Assembly: GCA_051294905.1 (NCBI GenBank)
Contig: CM119385.1
Coordinates: forward strand, 14,012,001 to 14,045,000
DNA: 33,000 nt
Direction: 5' to 3'
Source of the DNA: Botryllus schlosseri
Lineage: Eukaryota
The position numbers were made by a program, and so were the translations under genes. Shown here in pieces: positions 1 through 10,600 of this stretch. The notes below the pieces were generated by a model. It saw only the letters and a list, made by a program, of their open reading frames with translations. It was not told the DNA's origin and made no database searches. Numbering within the stretch: the first letter of the stretch is position 1; each line of letters opens with the position of its first letter.

Positions 1-361
1 CGCGCGCCTGCTTGCCATAACTAAACCACCGTGGTACGCAAGACACTATGTATAATATAGACTGGCAACTGCTTGATCGAATCGACAAAGTGCAACAGTG
101 ACTTAATGCAAGCCGCAAATTTCGCAAAGAGTTAAGAAGCGAAGACGCGTGACCTCGATACCACAGAGATAAGCTAGAGTGGGACGTAGCACTCGTGAAA
201 ATCTTTCGTCTGCCGTTTGAATACGATGGCTTACTGAGGAAAGTTATCTCGATGCTGCTTGAAGACCCAATATCGTTATCTTATCTCCAATATAGACTGG
301 TCATACGGCTTGCAGGTTTATACAAACCGTTTACGCAATATTTATATTCTACACTCATACG

Positions 362-1127
362 CAGGACCCAATTAGGGGGGGGGGGGCGAGCTCAAAGGGG
401 GCGCAAAATTATTTCGTGAATGAATATAAATTAAAGAGTAGTTTTTTTATTTATTTTGTGCGACTTTTTCAAATTAGTTTTTGCGTTGCGCGCGATTTAG
501 CGCTGCTCAAGGGTTTGTAGAAATAGGTATTTGGGTTGGTCATTACCGAGTCGCGCCGCACCAAGACATATAAAGTTTAGGCCAACATGGAACGCCGAGA
601 AGTGTGTCAAAATGTTCTGCAGCGAGAAAACCTTAGGCGTAAAGGACTGCCCCTGTCCGTGATCGAAAACTTCGATCTATATGCAATATATACATGCCTA
701 ATTGTCCATTGGCGCATAAATGGCTGGTGCCGAAACTTCCTGTCCTGGAAATCTGAGCCCCACAGGACAAATGTCATCCCACAGAGAAAAATTGGCAGTG
801 AAAAAATACTAATTTGGAATCGTGTGCGTCTAGTCCGTATGGACGATCTCAATATCTTTTTGCATAGCAGGCAAGCGGTCATGAAATAACAACAGCTAAA
901 GAAGTAATTATGCCAACGGGCCCGCCCAAAGATAATGTTTGATTATTATTACGGGCCTTTAAATTATCCAAGACCACACCTTGCAGCCAGCTCTGCCGTT
1001 AAACCAGCGTGTACTCTGAGTACACGCTGGTTAAGCGATGAAAAATTTCGAGCAATATGTATGCAATTACCAATATTATTTAACCGCAAAAAGTTTTATC
1101 ATCCTATATGCGGGAGCCCCGACCCTG
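362..1127. mobile_element. Probable non-autonomous hAT-like DNA element, related to 21797-22815
   Basis: It has CAGG...CCTG ends flanked by a near-perfect 8-bp duplication (CTCATACG 354-361, CACATACG 1128-1135). Colinear blocks are shared with 21810-22710, e.g. GCGAGCTC(G)AAAGGG, AATCTGAGCCC and ATGCAATTACCAAT. The TIR is poor beyond 4 bp. Confidence 0.55.
1002..1032. repeat. Perfect 15-bp inverted repeat with a 1-nt loop
   Basis: AACCAGCGTGTACTC-T-GAGTACACGCTGGTT, with TTAA at or near both ends. Confidence 0.95.
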
Positions 1128-1406
1128 CACATACGTTACATTCTACTCACGTGTGCTTCAATTTCTTTTCATCTAGAAAATTGCCCAGATATCATTCCTG
1201 GTGGTAGTATAGCGGCATAACGCTTTGGAGGTCGTCCAAGCCGACTAGATACAGATGACATGCAGTTATAAGGACCGATCTCTTCATATTTAGTCACAAT
1301 TCATCCGATTAACATGTTTCATATTTGATCATTATATGTAGTTACGCCAAGAAAAGTGAATACAAATTCGAAGCATTGTAGAATGTACGATCTATCTGGT
1401 GGTAAA

Positions 1407-1922
1407 TAGGGCTGGGCAAAATCGAGTACCTTGGTGATTCGATTCTGAATCACGTAAAATGCTTCGAGTCGAGTCGAGTATTCGAGTATCACTCATTATG
1501 ACGTCACAACCTAGTGTACTACGTCAAAGTTCAAATATGTACCTTTTATGCCACCACGAAGAACATAATGCCCCTTATCCGTCACATTCAAGATACTTTG
1601 GTATTTTTTTCGACCATCCCGATTTCATTGCACTTCTTGACAATGTTGTGGGATGATCATGACTTCGGAAATGTGTTATTTGCAGTAACGTTCCTAGCTT
1701 TGTACTATGTCTCGTATGCTGCGATACGGCCAATCAAGGTTTTAAGGCTTCCTCATTGGAAAATAGTATCAAAACTATAACTCTCGTTAGTAAATTAACT
1801 TTCAGTTGCGAGGAGCGTATAATTCTAGTACTCGAAAAAATCGTCTTTTACTACTCGACTCGAATCATTAAAATTAATTCTCGATTCAGATTCGAGTACT
1901 CGAATCATTGTGCCCAGCCCTA
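1407..1922. mobile_element. hAT-type MITE with TAGGG ends and TCGAG/CTCGA subterminal repeats
   Basis: Perfect 12-bp TIR TAGGGCTGGGCA...TGCCCAGCCCTA. Clusters of TCGAGT/ACTCGA lie inside both ends. The TSD is not clean (GTGGTAAA left; CTGGTAAA right but offset by 2 nt). Confidence 0.85.
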
Positions 1923-1994
1923 GACTGGTAAACCGCGTTAGCCCGCCACCTCGTGTCAAATTGATTACGAAATCACCATTTCACTTCCTCATTA

Positions 1995-2120
1995 CGACGG
2001 GTTCGCCGTTAGTGTATCAATTGGAGTTTCAGCCGGGGCTGATTCAAATACAGTCATCACCGCTACGACGAACATCATTCTATAATCAGTGTCTTCTGAT
2101 AGTGCGATAATCACGCCTGA
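1995..2120 (-). pseudogene. Possible decayed fibronectin type III domain fragment
   Basis: A stop-bounded 42-codon frame, SGVIIALSEDTDYRMMFVVAVMTVFESAPAETPIDTLTANPS, resembles the FN3 E-F-G strand pattern L-x-x-x-T-x-Y...V-x-A...ES-x-P...T. Motif match by eye only. Confidence 0.35.
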
Positions 2121-2798
2121 TCAATGCTCGTGAACCAACAGGATGGTAGACTGACTCCAGGGAGAATGAGACAAAACGCGCGTTGCGAAATCATGCCATA
2201 ATAGTTGCAGTAGCGCGCGTGGCTTGGAGAGGTAAACATATTTAAACATTGAATAGAGGCATCAGATAAACCGTGGCGTAACAAACAAAAAGGAGGTCAC
2301 AACACGAAATCAAAAACCCAAAGTTTTGGGGAGAGCAAGAGTTCGTTATTTTCGGCACTGACCGGTTATGGTCAGTTTTCTCCGGTGGTAAAATTGACCT
2401 AAAGAAAGTCGAAGGTGTTCAACTGCTCGTATCGAGCAGAGTGGTTCTCTTGCTTAATGCGACGAAGGAAATCATGTAATAAGTAATGGACTATAAGATT
2501 TACCGACGGGTCCATAATATATGATTCATTATAATGAAACAACAACCTTTATACGGTTCCCGGATACAATTCATTCGAAGAGTATCATCTCATTTCTGAA
2601 TCTGGTTGTTAATACCTTTGATGACATCTGATGGTAGGTAATACCTTTGATGACGCTTAATTCAATCTAACATAAATCTCAAAGACAAATTCTCTCAACA
2701 GAGGGAAATATATTGTTCCAGAGAGCGAAAAGGGGCCATTACGAGGTTTGAGACAAACATAAATCTTTGTTTGTATAGTGTTGGATTAGCAACTGCTG

Positions 2799-2905
2799 TG
2801 ATGAAAACGAATGTTTTGTTGTGTTTTGGATTTCGCATTGGTTTGAATTGAAAAGGTGCTTTTAGTCTCATACATTTCGGTTGCCGTGCAATTTACTGAC
2901 ACACA
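2799..2905. repeat. Dispersed repeat fragment matching about 19440-19547 in reverse complement
   Basis: 28-bp exact match TGATGAAAACGAATGTTTTGTTGTGTTT (2799-2826 versus the reverse complement of 19520-19547), followed by weaker colinear blocks GCTTTTAG and CAATTT(A/T)CTGACA. Confidence 0.7.
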
Positions 2906-4389
2906 ACTGTTAAAAGCGACAAAGGGAATAAAATGGATCGTTTTCAACATGACAATTCGTTACGCCTGCTTCGCTTTTTGGCCTATTACTCATTTTCAAA
3001 TGGTAACACAAACCAATTGAGTGATCGCTCATCAAAAACCACACGCCGCGATCGTATAGTTTAATGACTTTCGCTAATTCAATTACCGAATTACAACTTC
3101 AAGATGGTAAACGTGTTTCCCTTTTGATTGACCTATAGTGGACTGAAGTCGCATAGTATGTCATTTCTCTCAATGATTTCAAATGCCGAACTATAAATAT
3201 GCAGCTGCTGTAAGTTTTGACGAGTAACAACGTTACAATCGTAAATCTGTGAAATTATACATAATAATCGAGTCGTGTCTATCGGCACATCTTTGCTTTC
3301 ACAATCACTTCAAGAAACATATATTTCTCTAAAATACCGCAAAAATACAACAACAGTAGCTATATTGACGATCATTTACAAATATTCTCAAATTGGTTAG
3401 CATTTGATTTCAGACAAGATAACATTCTCGCTCGAAACACATATTTCTAAATGAGAAAGGACTTCAGCGAATGCTAACCATATCGCTACTATTGACTACA
3501 AAGAAGCGTCTATAGCCTCTATAAGAAGTGAAAGGGTTCAAAGGCATTTCTTTTTCAAGTTTACACCAATGATAATGAATGAGTTCAACTCTGCGCGTAT
3601 ATGTCTGATGCTCTTAATTTTAAGATATATCAAACGATTTGTCATTCGTACTTTTAGAAATGTATGTTATCCACTCTATATCTTTTTCTTCGTTTATTTA
3701 CTGTTTAAGCGGAATTATAAGCGGTTAAATTCCATATTTTATTTAGATAATGGGATGGTATAATGACAAAATTGTAATGTCCTGGAAAAGTGTGTTTCTA
3801 GTTGCGCTGTTCACCTGGGTTGCATCAGACTGAGTTTGATTTTCTATTTATAGTATATGATGTCGGTCTCCACCAAGGCAACGTTCAAGTATATGCGGAT
3901 CAGAGCACATGTTGCCATCATTTTCAGGATACCGTCCATATATGCAGTATACAAAAACTTGAGCTTTTTGTGTGGTTCAAAATCGTGTAACCAATGTAAT
4001 ATATATACTGAAAGTATATGCGTATTCACACCATTTATGATATCAGGTCATTATATACGGCGAAGCCAGTACGAACAGACACGTCCGGATATGTTCAATA
4101 TGGAATGGATGGAACTCTCTCGAACTAATATAGTTTCGTACCCGAGTAAGGATTCTGCTTTGTCTTGTCTATATCTATATATACTACTTGAAGTAGTTTA
4201 ATCCTGTTTTGGTAAACAATGCATTGGATGGAATTTCACAAAACGACTGCTAATTTCACTTAGCCAGGATGACTTAGTCCGCCTTTGTGTCTCTACCATA
4301 TATCTTCCAAGATGCCGCAAAGGCTCACAGCAATGCGATTCTGCCGCATCAGTGTTATAGCATTGCGGTGTCAAGACTTTTCGAACGTC

Positions 4390-5000
4390 ATATCATCTAT
4401 AAAACATCGATTGCCGTACCCATATATGTTCAAGCGTTTGTCGTGCTATGATCAAAATTGTATTTAGATCTTTTATAGCCGATGTTTTTGGATTACAGAA
4501 TATGCAGTTTCTGATTTCAATGCACATTGCGACATCAGGCCGGTAACTCACAGCAGCTGTGATCCAACTAAACTTAATGAACGATATATCCTGTCGCGAA
4601 TATGTAACTCGTATTGCAAGTCTGGGGAATGAATCCACCTATTGTTTGTTTACGTGAGAATTTCAATTGAGCCTGAGCGAATCGCGCTGATTGAGGTAGC
4701 TTCCCGAAAACCCCGCAACTATACCCATAACAGACCAGATTCGAATGCGCAAGCAGCATCGGAATCATCATTCTGAATTGAATAGAATACTTGCGAAACT
4801 GGTCGTTAGTGTTGGATTTCAATGAGACATCGAAATTTTCATCACGAATTTCCTTCTATTCCCATTAGTTTTAATGATGAAGCGCTCCACTTTCCGGGGC
4901 TGATGACTTTTGTGCTTCCGGGTAGGAAAAAGATCGCATTTGTTTGCGAAATCGAAACAGTCAACGCGAACGAATGTTCAGCACGTTTTCATATCGCAAC
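4390..5000 (-). mobile_element. Decayed LINE ORF2 C-terminal fragment (L2/Crack/CR1-like)
   Basis: Across a frameshift: KF..VGSQLL*VTG then IEIRNCIFCNPKTSAIKDLNTILI, resembling KFRxxxHxLxIxTGR...RxCxxCN...IEDExHFL. Multiple stops and frameshifts. Confidence 0.45.
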
Positions 5001-5359
5001 AATGACTATCTTGATGAGAATTCTCATGCCTATGGCATAGATAGTGGCTGTTACACCATATTGATGGACTGAAATCCAGGGCATATCTATGGGCTCGTCG
5101 CTCTCACAGCAGTTTCGACTATTTTATGTACTATATAGATTGACATCTAAATCGAAACATGGTCATGCACGTCGGTTACCATGCTTGAGTGCAGTCTTGG
5201 TAAAGTATCTCGAAACCCCTTCGAGAAATCAGCTTGTATCTGTTCACGACGGGTTGGATCGTCCGAGTCCACGAAGAATTCGGACCTGTATAACACACAT
5301 TACACAAAGTACGATGACGGCTTACCATAGCTGCATTGCGTTCACGTTACGGATCTCAA

Positions 5360-5640
5360 GTTTGTTTCTTTTGTTTGTTTTGTGGTATTCATGGTGTTTG
5401 TTGACTACTATGGTCATGTACACCAGGCCGATATTCTTCATTATTTTCCGTAACTGCCGACTTATAGCACGGCCCACCTCTAGGCTTTTTGTAAGACACC
5501 GCTTATACGCGGATGAGGTGGCGAGGAGAAGCCTAGGTAAACCTCCAACACTTAGGTATCGGAATTCTGAAGTCGACCTCGGTCGGACTCGAATCCGCCC
5601 CGATTGGTGTTGCAGCGGATCTCTAGTAATATAGCGCTAA
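5360..5640 (-). mobile_element. tRNA-like SINE, uninterrupted copy
   Basis: Its reverse complement aligns with 21350-21468 joined to 23639-23790. It has a B-box-like GATTCGAGTCC and an ACAA-rich 3' tail. Confidence 0.75.
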
Positions 5641-8600
5641 ACAATAATTCTGTATATAAGTTGGAATGGGACTGCCACGCGACCAAGTCGTCGTCTGCCC
5701 TGGTAGTGGTAGGTAATCTTTTTTTATAACTGCTGGGTATCCATCATAGAATGAGTCTGAGAACGGTTCTCTGGAATAGTGTCACTTTACTACTCGACTG
5801 CATGCAATATTCTTAGTTCTGTGCTGAATATATTTCTACCACATGTATATGATAGGTTTGTCTCCATATACACAGTTGAGTCACAATTGAGTGTGAGGTT
5901 GGTGCTTTGCTTTGTCGATTGGTATACACTGACTTGACAATGTTTTGTTCTGCGTTTTCATGGTGTTTATATGTAATATCTGCGTACAATCAATGTTCGG
6001 CGAATTTTTTATTGTTTCCTTCGCAATAGTCTCATTTGCTAAATGTTTTTCAAGCCAGATTACTGGTGTATACGAAAAATTGAAAATTTTATAATGCGGC
6101 CGTCGCTAGCGTTCGACCCGTCAGCGATGGGATGGAGAGGGAGCCGGTACTAAATACAGTATGTGTCACGCGAGCAAAGGTTGAATTATGAACATAATTT
6201 AGGAAAAGCATGCTGTAAATTTATGCTCGCATTCTGCCTTCAAGTTGAAATTTACAAACCAGAACTAGAGAGTAAGAAATGAAAGATTTTGAATGTACCG
6301 AGTACAATTTTTGATTGCGTGTCTCGCATGGAAATGCCTTCTCGATTTAATTTGTTCTCGCTGTAGCATTCAAAGCAAAAGAATGCACATTTTATGTATG
6401 TGTACTGTGTAAGCTATTGAAAACAGATGCGACTCCAAAATACTGAAAACCGTTACACTTGACAATTCATCGCGAGTCTCTTTGCAACACGCTGTTTACA
6501 CCTATCAGTTGTAAATTACACGTACTCAATGGTGTTATTTCATTATTTACATTGTACAATCGAATATCCTGCCATAGGATAATCTTTTGGAAAACGGCTT
6601 TCGTCACTATAATTGTCTGATGGTGCCCGATACCAAATATGCATTGCGCAGTGTATTTGTAATTGACTAATATATCTTAACCTGCTCAACGTTGCAAACA
6701 ACTGGGGCGATGTTGAGTTTCTTCAGCTTCGCACAAATAGTGTACAGACCTCCCGCCATGTCCTTGAGGAATAAATCAAATGCCTGTATGAAAAAAAGAG
6801 ATTTATCTGACTCTCACGGAAACGAATCTTTCAAATTCGTTTCCATTGAGGTATCAGGTTACGCACCTGCGGTAAGCAAATAAATTCATCTTCGCCCAAT
6901 ATGAAACTTGCTACACTTGCTACGTGAATTTCGACAATCCTGTATTCATTGTTGCGTGGAATGTTCTCGACGAGTGGCGTGGCTGTGTAATTGTTCCGCC
7001 CCTAAAATAAATCGCTTAGAAATGCGATAAATCGTATCATATTCAAAGCACCACGAGGGTTTGATTGTAATGCGGTGCTAGCCAAATCGTGTGGACTGCT
7101 ATTTACGTTATAGCTTCGACAGGACAAGATATACTCATTCGCACATTTCGCGGCCTTCCGTTGGTAACCTTAACCTTCAAAATTGTGTCAAACTGTACTT
7201 TGTGTTTTAGGCTACCACCACCATTATTTAAGCTGAAGAACTATATTGACACACGGATTTACTGACTGTCTAAATGTTATATAGTTATTCGAGGCAATTG
7301 TAGCGTGAGAGAGAAGCCACGCTGAAACTTAACCTTAAACTTAAATGATTAATCCCACTATCATGCGAAAGAGGCCACAGACGAGATGATATATGATGTT
7401 CATAGTTCAATCATCTGGCAAATTTACAATTTTCTTTCCTTAAACTGGTGAGGCAGATAAGGATAAGGTGATTTTGCCACTGTTCTGAGATGGGCTGATA
7501 ATGTACGCAGATCGTGGTGTAATTTTATATCAACCCGCGACGACACTCAAGCCATCTCACTCCATACGACCGTACCGCGCGGTACAATTTGTCGAATTTC
7601 TCATGCGCGACCGCGGCCCTCGTAATCACACTGCGATCATGTAGTATCAACGCGAGTCATAAATAAACCAAATAGACATATGACCATAATATAATGTTAT
7701 GACGTGCTGGGAAGTCAACTGTCAAGGCGCATGGATTCGGCATTCGAGCACACCATTACTATAGTCCTTACTATTACATGCATGTCACTTGCGAAGGAAT
7801 ATTTATTGCTTATTGAACGTGTAAGAGCGCCATGAATAGTTGTAATAACTTTACTATTAGATATATAATTCGTTATTCATGATATTGTACGTCTCATGCA
7901 CCATTGTATTCTGTGCTGTACTAATGTAGTATATAGGGTAAGGTATGTAATTTTATATGTTATACATAAGTTCATTACCAAAAAAGATATACCATCGTAT
8001 ACCAATTTCTGGAAACGGAATAATATAAATACTTAACTGTTGTTACTCTATTATCCTCTTCATTTGAGTGGCTGATTAATTATACATTTATTTACCCGAA
8101 TATTACATGAATTATCGCAAATCTATGATCTACTGCTCTACTTGATGCATGATATGTCTTCACTACTACGCAGGGCAAAGTCGGTGGCGATCTCGTTTAT
8201 TCTGCGCGTTAAGATATCTCGTATTTATTTAAATTAAGACCTGTTATTCCAATGACATACGTGGAATTGAAGCAATTTTCACAAATAGGAACAAGGTCAT
8301 TTTCATAGCCACGACAACACCGTTCCCATATGAATTTTAATGTTTTAGAAATTATATTTCTGTTGTTATTATAACTCATACACGTTTAGAAGATTGTGAT
8401 AAGAGATTAGCTTTGAACACGTGAAAATGTGACAACCATCCGTACCATCCGTCATAATTACATCGAACAGTGGCTCAGTACTAAAAGTGAATGGAATCAG
8501 AAACGTACAATATATCTAGACAAAGTAGAAAATGTGGGTAGGTACAGCTTTCCCCAAAGAGTTTTTATCGCTATAAGTATCAAGTATGCTGATGTAAATG

Positions 8601-8838
8601 ATATCATAAATGGTATTTGTGACTATCAATTTTAATTTGACGGCAATATGTTGGCTGCGTTTTTGTATAGCAAGTACATCGCGTACCGAAGCATTAACTT
8701 TGTACGTATCATTATATCATGTCAGTCAATGGCCTACGTCAGGCATACCTTGTGATGAACCACATATACCATCCCTGTAAGTTTTTGTATATTGCCATAT
8801 GACCGGACATTTCCCATCATGATCTACATCAGTTAGAC

Positions 8839-9970
8839 CAGGGGTGGGCAAACTTTTGAGCTCGCGGGCCGCATTCAACATCTGAATCCATTCGCGGGCC
8901 GCACTATATAAAATTGGGATTATAAACCAAAACGCAATATTGATATTTGATTATATAGTGAGGACATGGAGATAATATATGTGCATATTTAAAACAAACC
9001 AAGCATTGCTTTGATGATATCGTACACGCGTCAGAAACATATATATATGTAGTACTATATTGGCGAGATTTCATAGGCTGGTGAACCTCAATCACCAATT
9101 TGTCAAAACTACAGAGATGAAAGTCGGTTGGCCCGATTCTTAGAACAGGATTGAAATTTAAATCTGTGAGCAGCGATTTGTTCGTAGATTTACAAATTCC
9201 ACTTTTGGTGCAGTTCCAGGACACACAATGCTGACAACAGCATAACCATATTAGCTTCATACACGCTTCTACTATGTGTAGATAAAATATAAATACATCA
9301 ATTCTACGCATACAGACAACGAATCTACCTAAGACACGCCCGTATCGCTTTTTATAGGCACATCACTGAAATAATTAAAAAGGGAGTGGCCAATCTGAAA
9401 TCCCACTCGTGATGCAAATTATGCCAATTTCGTTGCAGTTATCCCGCTATGATATTAGGTATTTACCTTAGATCAGTGGTTCTCAAACTTTCTGAGACTT
9501 GCCCCCTCCCCCCTAAGGAAGGTGGAAGATTTCGCGCCCCCTTATCGTCATATCACAAAACGCAATCAGGATGCTAGCAAACCTAACGGGTAGTTTGATG
9601 GCATGGAAGGTTACTACTGTGAATGAGAGATTTTAAAATATGTAATTCAGACTAAATACAGAGCAATAACTATGAATTGGATATAAATCGCGCAGAGCGC
9701 GAAAAATTTTTTCAGTTGAGCTCAGTATCGCGCTCCTTTCAGGTGTTTTCACGCCCCCAAGAGGCGCGCGCCCACCAGTTTCAGAACCACTGTTTTAGAA
9801 TTATCATGGTAAAATATACTAAAAGAAAGTTAATCAAGTCTCTGCATTAATTCGATTTTTAGTACGCAATTTATCAATATTTTTAAAAAGTTTCTTTAGA
9901 CTCTCGCGGGCCGCACAAAACGGTGTGGAGGGCCGCATGCGGCCCGCGGGCCGTAGTTTGCCCACCCCTG
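8839..9970. mobile_element. Non-autonomous hAT (Charlie/Buster-type) element
   Basis: 16-bp TIR CAGGGGTGGGCAAACT / AGTTTGCCCACCCCTG, subterminal GCGGGCCGC repeats, and a perfect 8-bp TSD AGTTAGAC (8831-8838 and 9971-9978). Confidence 0.97.
9474..9792. mobile_element. hAT (Charlie/Buster-type) MITE nested in 8839-9970
   Basis: TIR CAGTGGTTCTCAAACT / AGTTTCAGAACCACTG (15/16 match). Decayed TSD CCTTAGAT / TTTTAGAA with central TA. Confidence 0.9.
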
Positions 9971-10399
9971 AGTTAGACCATTGGTTGTAATCTTAAGCCA
10001 ATTTACACACGGCCTCGATTCAAATTACAATGTCTGGCAAATAGATACGATTATCTCTGGAACATGCTTCCTTGGAATATCCTAACAACACTATATATTG
10101 TTCGATGCTTTGTACACTAAACTGTCAGTAGTAATAATGGTATTCTCGCATGCCTTCAAATGTCTAATTAGGTTAGGTATGACACGATTCATTGGATTTC
10201 CGGTAAGTGGATATTCTAAAATGAAAAATACAGAATCCTCTTATGTCACAATAGGTCAAATAACTCCATCTTTACCATGAATCAAGAGGAAACGGGCAAT
10301 TGCGATCGAGATCGATTTGAACAATAACGTTACCAAATTCTGTCTTGTGGATTTGACCAGTCAACATATGGATTAGTACAATTGGCAAAAGAATAAGCG

Positions 10400-10600
10400 G
10401 AAATTCGTATCACACTGTATTTCCGGTTTTCGTGATTTCAATGTATTGGGTACGGTATGGAAATCCAGATGATGGAAGTGTAAACGCGTTGCACTTATCT
10501 CATATACACTTTTACACTGGCATCGGGTGTTTGACGATGCAGCAATACGTCTTTTTCGTACGTTTGCATTCCTAATGCCACCTGAAACGTGTTCAATTAA
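10400..10600 (-). pseudogene. Possible fossil piggyBac transposase cysteine-rich C-terminus
   Basis: ORF-track peptide RKRRIAASSNTRCQCKSV...LHFHHLDFHT resembles the PGBD-type RCxxC..TRCxKC...LHxxCFxxFH tail. Highly degenerate. Confidence 0.3.

Noticed and set aside
20-330. CR1-like 3' motifs (DRIDKVQ, LSYLQYRL...LYK) on the plus strand
   Set aside because: The matches are too short and degenerate to call.
587-1220. Overlapping 60-100 aa ORFs
   Set aside because: They lie in a non-autonomous element on both strands with no transposase motifs.
5089-5634. Longest ORF in the track (181 aa, plus strand)
   Set aside because: It runs antisense through the SINE and its low-complexity tail, with no recognisable domain.
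6600-6800. L1-like zinc-finger motif (LCEAEETQH) on the minus strand
   Set aside because: A single weak motif without supporting context.
7572-7585. 14-bp palindrome GTACCGCGCGGTAC as a Helitron hairpin
   Set aside because: No downstream CTRR terminus.
8904-9311. 135-aa minus-strand ORF
   Set aside because: It is inside the hAT MITE and has no protein motif.
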